A stretch of DNA of 64,000 nt. It comes from Eledone cirrhosa. Lineage: Eukaryota. Location: contig OZ024754.1 of the NCBI GenBank assembly GCA_964016885.1, positions 40,238,001 through 40,302,000 of the forward strand. Reading direction: 5' to 3'. This document shows positions 1-9,922 of this stretch, in pieces. A model generated the notes under the pieces. It had not been told where the DNA came from. It saw only the letters and a program-made list of their open reading frames with translations, and did no database searches. The position numbers and the translations under genes were made by a program. How positions within the stretch are numbered: the first letter of the stretch is position 1; every line of letters begins with the position of its first letter.

Positions 1-512
1 GGCCAGATACAGCCAGTTTAAATGCTAAAGGGTTAATAGAGGACATGGTAGAACCAGACAGTACATTTTGAAATGTAATGAGCATCACCATATTTTGTTG
101 TACCATATGTGGATCTAAAGAAAAATATGACTCAATATATCTTCCAAGTAAATGACTTTTTTGTTTTTAATAACATATTCAGCTGGTGCTATTAAGTTAG
201 ACATGGCCTGGGCCAATACTGGCCGAAAGTTATCAAAGTTATTCAAGATGACAATCTTATTTTTTCCTGAATGAAAGAACAAGCTATCTAAACCAGAAGC
301 CCCCAAACTGGTTGATATCACCCCATCACAAGAGTTCGATGGAACTACCCAGGAGGTTGACTAAACTTTGGGGCTAAAACCTGACATTTTTATAAGAAAT
401 GAAAATACATATAATGATGATGATGAACTTTTTCATTATTAAGCTTGTATTTTTTTTAGCATAACTTAAAGATTTTTACATAACATTGCAATGGAAGTGT
501 TAAACAGTTTAA

Positions 513-727
513 CCCTTTAGCATTCACATTACTCTATATTTACTATAGTATTTTCACAAAAAAGGCTTTATCTCATATAATATCTCACATAATACCGAAT
601 CTACGAGATTTTGATATTATTTATTTTGAGAACAATACCTTAAAATCAGTATGGGAGGGGGTGCCAGTTTGTACAGAAAAAGGCGAGAGAATTCTGGCCA
701 GATACAGCCGGTTTAAATGCTAAAGGG
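513..727 (+). mobile_element. piggyBac-type MITE (TTAA TSD, TIR CCCTTTAGCATT)
   Basis: TTAA-CCCTTTAGCATT ... AATGCTAAAGGG-TTAA. Other copies at 1-32 (partial), 7074-7273, 9093-9302, 14673-15768, 18338-18675, 24579-24765 and 24991-25188. Confidence 0.8.
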
Positions 728-813
728 TTAAAAGAAACAGCTTTGTTTAGTCAGTTTGGTAAAAAAAAAAAAATGGGTTATAATAGAGATAAATCTAGAA
801 GGAAGAAAAATAC

Positions 814-880
814 CTTTTTCCGGACAGGAATTACATGTCTTAATTTAGACACTGGCTTTTTAGAGGACATTTCCAATGGT
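814..880 (-). CDS. RRP36: RRP36 exon (PLEMSSKKPVSKLRHVIPVRKK)
   Basis: aacag acceptor, gtattt donor; start of the conserved RRP36 domain. Confidence 0.9.
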
Positions 881-3800
881 CTGTTAATGATAAAATAATT
901 AATTAATTAATTAGAGTAAAGAGATGTTGAAGTTGCATGACATACAGATTACAAACATGAGTAAAATACAAGGGCCAGCTGAAAAGTTTTTAGGCTGATA
1001 TGATGTAATGATGCTAGGGCTGTGAAATCTTGCACGCATTAATTTCAACACTTCTTATCAATAACTGCACTGTAAAGTTATTGCTGATAGGAAGGATTAT
1101 CCAAACAAATGGCCAAGAAGACTCATCAGTTGTGTCAAAGACATGACAACCCCCCCTAGTGCTGGTGTCAGAATAAATTGCACCTGGTGCACTCCTTAGT
1201 GTGGGGACATATGTGAGATGTGGCCCCCTGACCTGTCTGAGAGGCCAGTAATTCCAATTAAGTACTAACTTTGTGACAACCTGTCCAACCCTCATTAGCA
1301 TGAGATAGATAGATAGGTAGGTAGATATATTTCTTTATTTGCCACAAGGGCGCAAAAGATGGGGACAAATACAATTGGGGAGTTTACATACAAGGCGTGT
1401 AAAAATGTATGACAAAAATGATCAATAAAACAAACGAAATCCCCAATAGGGGGGAGGCGTTACAAATGGGTTGCACACACCCCGAAAAAAAATGTACAAC
1501 CCTCATCTCCAGGTGCACGAAGAGTGAGTGCTCCTTTCCTCTCTTCCTCAACCTTCAGGCTTATATAGAGAGAAGGCCCAACCACTCGGGCGATCCTTGC
1601 CACATTCACCCACCTTTCGTAAAATTTGCTGGGGTGCAGCACTTCTCTCTCCACTCTGATTCTTCTTCTAAAATGATATTACGCTGCCACTCCTAATCGC
1701 TTCTTCTACTTTATCTACCAGTTCCTTTTCAGTCTTATTCCTATCTAACGCTAGTTCTTTACTAAAGCATATCGATCCTAATCTAATTGCTCTCTTAAGA
1801 GAGCCCCACCACCTGTTGTTGACAATTGCCCCCGTCAACTGCTGCTTAACTAAAGTGCTAATCCGACTACTGTATGCTTTACGTGTTGGTAACGACAGGT
1901 TCATCTTCCAGTAGCCGGGTCCCTGCCTATGGGTTCTATCAAGGTTGACTACGCAGGTCACTAGTTTGTGATCTGAATAGGCAACCATGAACAAAATTTG
2001 ACCTGGCAGTCCCTCTACAAATTGGTATAAAAATGAAGGTTTACAGTCAAGAATTTCTATAGAAATTTAAGCAGAACTTACCCAGCAAGTTTCACGCATG
2101 TGTCCATCCCAGAGATAGATAGATAGATATGTAGGTAGGTAGGTAGATAGATAGGTAGGTAGGTAGGTAGATAGGTAGGTAGGTAGGTAGGTAGGTAGGT
2201 AGATAGATAGGTAGGTAGATATGTAGGTAGGTAGATATGTAGGTAGGTAGGTAGATATGTAGGTAGGTATATAGATATGTAGGTAGGTAGATAGATAGGT
2301 AGGTATATAGATATGTAGGTAGGTAGGTAGATAGGTAGGTATATAGATAGATATGTAGGTAGGTAGGTAGATATGTAGGTAGGTATATAGATAACTTTCT
2401 TTTTATTTGCCACCAGGGCATCAAAAAGTGGGACAAATGTACCGTCTGTGTTGCGAGACCCAGATGTTTTTGCAGCAAAAGGACAACCCCACCCCCACCT
2501 CCGGGCTGACAGAGAGATGCGTGCATCTCAAAGTCATCAAAGGTGGGGGCCAGCTGCCGCACGTTGCTGATCCGGGCCTCGCAAATAACCATCACATCTA
2601 TACGTTGTGACCCGAGGTCATTTAGAAGCATTGCTTGGGAAGGTTAGTATCAAAAAGGTTAAATAGGACCCCCTTAAAATGGGCAGTTTTGGGAAGGTTG
2701 GTATCAAAAGGTTTAAATAGGACCCCCTTAAAAATGGGCAGTTTTATTTCATAGAACCAGAACTGGTTTGGGTGGGGTTGGTAAGAAAAGGTTTAAAACA
2801 CCTGAGAAACCCTTCTATGAGATGCAAGGAGCTGGTATGAGGCCAGGTCAACCTACACAGTATGGGCTATAACAACACAAACAACAAGATCTAGAGTTAA
2901 TTAGAGGCCTTGTTGTTGTTACAGCTCCCACCTATGCAGGTTTAGCTGACCTCCTCCAAGGTATATCTCGTTGGAGGTGTCTTGGGTAATTTGAGCCCAG
3001 GCCACGCGCATTTAAACAGCCTACTCTTAGCATAGCCATGTTGGTGGTGAAGAGAAAAGGCACTTACCTCTCTGCGTCCCGGGTATCGGGCTGCACAATT
3101 TCCATGAGGGTGGAGTGGTGGTTTGTGGAAGTGTAGGGGCATCAGTGTGTTGTGTGGTTGGGGTGTTTGGGGAGGGGGTGGGGTAGTTTTTTTTAGGAGG
3201 ACGCGGTTAATGGGCCCGATGCAGGGGGGCACGTCCTCTTTAAAGTTGTTTTTTAGTGTTTTATATGTGTCCTCTGGGGCCTTAATCATTTTGAGGTGGG
3301 GGAAATCCCCTGCCTGGGTGAAGTTAGGCCCTTGGGTTTTTATTAAATTGTTGTTGTACACAATGTTTAACAGTTTTTTTATTTCTTGTGTTTATGCATG
3401 TTTTTGTTTTTGTGTTGTGAGCTCTTTTGTGTTGGTGTCAGTGTTATGTTTTGGGGAGGGGTTGTTTTCATTTGTGTGTCTGAGGTATGTTTTCTTTTTT
3501 TACTTTTGATTGTGTGGAAGTGCTCCTCCTCGTCTGACGACGAACGAGGGTCATCTTCCGCGTTGGAGGGGAGGGGTAGATTTTCGGGTTGTGTTTGCGG
3601 TGCAGGTGTTTTGGAAATTGTTTTTTTTTTTAGTGGAGGGAGATGGGTTGGACATTGTTTTGTTTGGGTTTGAGCTGTGGTTGTTGTTTTTGTAGTGGTG
3701 GTTGTGGTGATTGTGCAGTTGTTGGTGGTGTAGGCAGGATTGGGGTTTTCTTATTAAGACAGACAGCCCTCAGGTGACCTCTGACTCCACAGAGGTAACA

Positions 3801-6800
3801 CAAGGGCCGCCTACCCTCAACGGTAATGTTGATGAAAGTTTGATCATCCAGTATGACGCGTTCAGGGATCTGGGCGATCCTTTCGGGCCTCATTTGAACT
3901 ATAAGTTCGAGGCTCGTTCCACTGAACGCGTCACCCGATGCCTTTCCCATGGACACCAGCGTGTCATCATCCAGGTTCAGGAAACCTGTCAAAACCCACC
4001 ATATGTCCATAATCGGCAGGATGGTGTGGATTTTTATTTTTTGTGTTCTTCTACCCATGTACGTAGGGTAGAAGGTGTATGCGGTGGATGTGATTGGTTT
4101 GATGGACAGTTCTTCATGAGAATGGATAGACTCCCGTAAAGTCTATCCTTCTGAATGAAGGTGATGTCCTTCATGACGTCTTTTAAAACCAGCTCTATCT
4201 CACTCTGTGATGGTTGAGCTGGTTTTTTGCTTTTATTCGAGATTGTCCAAAACATTTTTAGTTCCGGGGGGGGGGGGGGGGGGGGGGGGGGAATGGATCT
4301 TGAATGAACCATTTTCCCCGTACACTATATATTTTTTGGCATCTGCCAATAGCTCCTTCGCTTTGGTTATATCTACTGGCAGATAGTCGAGGGTTTTCCT
4401 TGCCGTCTCGGTGTGGTGTGGGGTTGGGGCGTTTGTGGTTGAGTGGGTGTCTGGGTGTGTGTGTGTGGGGGTTTAGGAGGACGCGGCTGATTGGCTTGGC
4501 GCAGGGAGGGGGGGGGGCATTTATTTTCAATGTTTTATAAAAGTTCATTGGGACTTTAATCATTTGTAAATGAGGTAGTCCCACAGCAGTTATAAAGTTA
4601 GGCCCTTCAGTTTGGACCGAAGGGTTTGATGAAATTGTTTTCAGTAGTTCTTTATTGTCTGTGTTTATGTGTATATTGTAAAGTCTTTTTTTGTGTAGCA
4701 GTTTGTGTTGTGTGACGGGGAGGGGTGGTTTGTATATAGTTTGTTCTCTTGGGGAGGGTTAATGTTAACAAGTGTGTCTGTGGTGCGCCTCCTCTTCTTT
4801 CTTTTTACTGTTTGGAAGGGATCTTTTTCGTCTTGCGACGAAAGGGGTTCGTCTTCCTTGTTGGGTGGGAGGGGTATGTTTTCTGGTAGTGTTTGTGGTG
4901 TGTGTGTTTTTGTATTTGTTTTGGGTGGGGAGGGAGTGAGTGGGACAGTATTCTGTGTTGTTTTTTCACGTGTTTGTTGTTGTTGTGGTGGTGTTGTTGG
5001 TTGTTGTTGTTGTTGGGGTGGTGTTGGTAGCAGTGTTTTTTTCTGTGTGAGCTGGGGACAGGCAGCCCTCAGGTGACCTCTATTGCCACAGAGGTAACAG
5101 GAGGGACGCCTACCCTCCACAATAATGTTGAGGTGGGTACGGTCATCCAGCATGACGCGCTCAGGGATTTGGGCGATACGTTCTGGCCTTATTTGTGTCA
5201 GAACTTCGATGCTCGTTCCACTGAACGCGTCGCTGGATGCCTTCCCTATTGAAATGAGGTTGTCCTCGTCTAAATTGAGGAAGCCGGTTAGTAACCACCA
5301 GTAGTTTATGTTTGGGGTGATGGTGGTTATCCATATTCTCTGGGTTTTTTTACCCATGTAGGTGGGGAAGAAGGTGTAGTGTGTGGAACGAATTGGCGAC
5401 ACAGAGTATTTTTCGCCGCCAATTCGTCTTTCATCAATAAGGATAAACTCCCATAGAGTTTATCCTTTTGTATAAAAGTGATGTCTCTCATCGCTTCTTT
5501 CAAGACTAACTGAATTTCAGCTTGAGATGGTTGTGCTGGTTTTTTTGTCTTATTTAAAATTGTACGGAATACGACAGTTCATAATTCCGTCTGTTTTTTT
5601 AGTTCTGGAGGTGAATTTATAGAAAACGAACCATTTTCGCCAAAAGATACATATTTTTTGGCTTTTTCCAGCATTTCTTTGGCTTTTGAAATATCTTCAA
5701 GCACATAAGTGACTGATAATTTAGCCGTTTGTGCAAAAGATATTTTGTTTTCGTTGTTGGTGTTTGTATTGTTTTGTTTCTCGTCGTTTGAGTTGTTTTC
5801 ATCTTTGTTGTTGTTGTCTTTCTCGTTTGGTGTGTGGATACTTGTGACGTTTGTGTTGTTGATGTTTTTGTTGTCTTTATTGTTGCTGTTGTTGTCGTTG
5901 TTGTTGTTTTCAGTTTCTTGTATAGTTGTGGCTACATCAAGTTGTCGGTCAACAGGTGAAGAAAATTCTTCCTCTGGCTGACCTCTGCTGCTGTGACAGT
6001 GGCAGGGGGACTGTGAGTATGACTTCGCCTTTCTTCCTTTGAATGTTGGTGAAGATGCTTCAGCCATTTTTATTAAAATAGGATTTTTCGAAATTTTTCG
6101 AAAGATAAAATTTTTACAAGACTATTTCGCCTAAAGGCGTAGAATATTTTGAGAGACTGACCAGATCAAAATTTGACCTTGCAGTCCCTCTACAAAATGG
6201 TACGAAAATGAAAGTTTACAGTTCACAATTTCCAGATAAATTTAAACGAAACTTACTGAGCGAGCTCAGCACATGTGTCCATATAGATAGATAGATAGGT
6301 AGGTATATAGATAGATATGTAGGTAGGTAGGTAGGTAGGTAGATATGTAGGTAGGTATATAGATAAATATGTGGGTAGATAGATAGATAAGTAGGTATAT
6401 AGATAGATATGTAGGTATATAGATGTAGGTATCATCATGTCATTTCATTTTACGTCCGCTTTTTCCTGCTTGCAAGGGTGGGACGGGAACTGATTCTGGC
6501 TTGATTTCTACAGCTGGATGCCCTTCCTAACACCAACCTCATTTACAGTGAGTGCTGGGTGCTTTTTTGCCGTGGCACCTCCATGACCATTTTGCAGTGG
6601 AATGATAGGGACCCCAGTCCCTATCATCTCATTTCTACAGCTGAGTAGACTGGAGCAATGTGAAATAAAGTGTCTTGCTCAAGGAAACAACACATCACCC
6701 GGTCTGAGAATTGAACTCACAACCTTTCGATTGCAAGGCCAATGCTCTAACCACTAAGCCATGTGCCTCCATATAGATAGATAGATACATACAGAGTTGT

Positions 6801-9800
6801 ACATACAGGTACAAATCAATGCGTGTGTATTGTAGAAGCTAAGGTTTATTTTGCAGTCATTTCTAGCAAGACAGGTTACCACAACATGGTCCTTGCATGT
6901 ACGACAGACACACAAACAGATAAAGGGCCAATGATGATGATAATTTCTAGACAGTGTTCGACTTACTGGTTTTTGATTCTTTGTTTCACTACTTGCTTTC
7001 TCATTCCCTTGGCTTTCGGTTTCTGATAGATTTTATTGAACCTGAATATAAAAATAGTTGTTACAGTTATTAACCCTTTAGCATTTAAACTGGCAGTAAC
7101 TCTCTCACCTCTTTCTGTTCAAACCAGCTGTAACCGGCTGCTCATACTAATGTCAAGGCATTGTCCTCAAAATAAATATCAAAATTGCGTAGATTCCATA
7201 TATAATTATGTAAGATAAAGCCTTTATCACAAAAATACAATAGTAAATATAGAGTAATGTAAATGCTAAAGGGTTAAAGAAAATATTAATTTCTAACACA
7301 ATAGAGAGGAAAAGATCGTATAGACCAGAGGTGGGCAATATATTCCATTGGCAGGCCACTTTTGAACATTGGAACAACTAATAGGGCCATTAATATTTAT
7401 TAAGCACTATTCCAAAGATTCACCACAACTTCTTTTCTCCATAACATGGAACTATCAGTGAAGCCCTTTAGTATAGGTCAACTAACAGAAGTATTAGTTA
7501 CGGAAAAAATTCTAAATAAACCTACAAGGTAAAAATTAAAAACGGTCATCACGGGCCACTCTGACTGGTCTGGCAGGCCAGATTGTTGCATGCCCCTGGT
7601 ATAGACAAATAAATTGACCCTAATATTTCAGTAGTATTTTATTTTGTTGGGGTATGTTATTTTATTGATATTAAAGTAAATATTAACAGAGAAAGTATAT
7701 GAAAATAAGAGTTATAATTAATTTAACATATTCTGTGATATAATTTAATATATTCTGTGATATATTCCAAATCACTAACTTCAAAGCTTTTCTCCTCCAA
7801 CCATATAGTATTACCAATATTTATATTACTGTGTATAAGAGGGATAAACTGTATTGTGCGGGAGAGAAGACTGCATTAGTATGGCCATGTGATGCGCATG
7901 GAAAATGACCGCTGGGTGAAGAAGTGCCAAGTAAATCCAGTGGAAGGAAGACGCAGTAGAGGAAGACCACGAAAAACATGGGCAGAGGTGGTGAGAGCTG
8001 ACCTCAGATCGCTGAAGTCCACAGAGGAGATGACGAGAGACCGTGACGAATGGAGAGATGCTGTGCTGAAGAGGACTCGTCCCACCCTTGCAAGCAGAGA
8101 AAAGCAGACGTAAAATGATGATGAATATATCTAAAAACATTGATGAGTACTTACATAGTAATTCCAATTTTGTCCTTAAATTTCTGTAATTCTTCAAAAC
8201 TCATTTCAGACAATTCTAAAATAGATAAAATATTAATTTTATATTGTCATAAAGTAAAAAGTAAAGAAAATTGTGAGATAAAAACAAAACAAACTAATGA
8301 ATATAATAATATAATAACTTGAGAATTGTTTAATACTTTCTACATATCTTTAGTTAAATTGTTACCCTTTTGATATTAAACCACCCTTGATGGTTGTTTT
8401 AAACAGGTCCTATCAGAAGCAATCATCTTTAATTGATCCGACTGGATCCCCAAGCGTGACCAGCTAAGCTGATGGATGTTATTCAACCATCTTGTTTGGG
8501 GTCTACCCCTGGGTCTCCTACCTGTTGGTTTTTACCTGTAAAATCTGTCCAGTGATTCTTTCCTGAGACATTCTAACCAATTCAGAGAAGTAGGGGCTCT
8601 ACCTGGAGTGACTCTCTGATCTCCAAGCTACAAATATGTCCAGTGTTTCTTTCCTGAGACGTTCTAACCATGTGTCTGTAATATCAGAGCTGTAATCTCT
8701 CAATTCGGAGAAGTAGCGACTCTACCTGGAGTGACTACCTGGTCTACAAGCTACACACTCTACTGAGTAACATTACTCCAAAGACATTAAACTCTGATGA
8801 TTAAAAAGTAATAAATAATTTGATGTGCTATAAATACCTTTCTGAACAGCTTCCTTTCAATGTTCAATGGGCAAAAATGGATTCAGAAGAAAAAAAAAAA
8901 GATTGTTTTATTACATTTTATTAATTGCTTTTAAGTAACTGAACAATATAACAATTATAACAAACAATGGGCTTCCGTCTTTGGGTTTTCACCTGAAAAG
9001 TTCCTCTCCAAGACTGGGCAAGGTATTATGTGGAAGAACAGCAATGGTCTTACAAACCAGTCACCCCTCTCCAAATCACCGATGTTATTTAACCCTTTAA
9101 TGTTCAAACCAGCCAGAATTCTCTACCTCTTTCTGTTGAAACTGGCTGTAACCAGTCTCTCAAACTGATATTAAGGTATTGTTCTCAAAATAAATACTTT
9201 TAAAATCTCATAGATTCGATATTATGTGAGATAATTATGCGAGATAAAGCATTTACGATGAAAATACAATAGTATACAGAGAATAATGTAAATGCTAAAG
9301 AGTTAAATAAAAGTCAAAGGCCAATACAGTTTAGCACCAGTGACGTCTTGCAATTCATTATTTCTAGCTGAAGTAACTGGAGCAATGTGAAATAAAGTAT
9401 CTTGCTCAAGGACACGAAACTCTGAAGATAGTCCTATTAGCTGACAGGGTGGGCACTCTGTTAGATACACTCTTAACTATAGAGTTAATAATGGTCTTTG
9501 GGTGGTTGGAGTGTCTACTCACATATTTCAAGTTTTCCTTGGGTTTGTGGTAAGGGTAGTACAAACCGGGGTCTAATTCTAGTGTTCCGCCTAAGTTAAG
9601 TGTCCTAGTGTTCTATTTCTATCGTCAGGCTGTAGTTCTTATATATATATTATATATATATATATATACATACAAATGATGAATCAAAACATAACAAATA
9701 TGTTTAGAATTTTGTGTTTCTCAATAAGTAAACCCAATAGACTTTATCTAGAGCCGTAGTAACCAAATTAAAAGATATATGGTTATATGCTAACCCAAGC

Positions 9801-9888
9801 ATTGAGCACGTGTGGCTTCGGCTACAGGCATTTAGTAATCTGTATCGCACGTCTCTCTGCTTCTTCCTCACCTACGAAACATATATCC

Positions 9889-9922
<34 letters not shown>

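Noticed and set aside
115-383. 68-aa ORF and acceptor-like sites as the next RRP36 exon
   Set aside because: No frame yields the expected RDPRF motif, so the next exon is presumably left of the window.
2078-2413. YLPT-repeat ORFs (also 6253-6438)
   Set aside because: Translation of the TACC/TATC microsatellite.
4265-4291. Long poly-G run (G-quadruplex, poly-Pro ORF)
   Set aside because: It corresponds to a short Pro-Pro codon stretch in the other ORF1 copy; homopolymer slippage or sequencing error in a dead element.
9430-9530. Hairpin ending in ACA-NNN as an H/ACA snoRNA
   Set aside because: It is antisense to the host gene and lacks a proper ANANNA H box between two hairpins.
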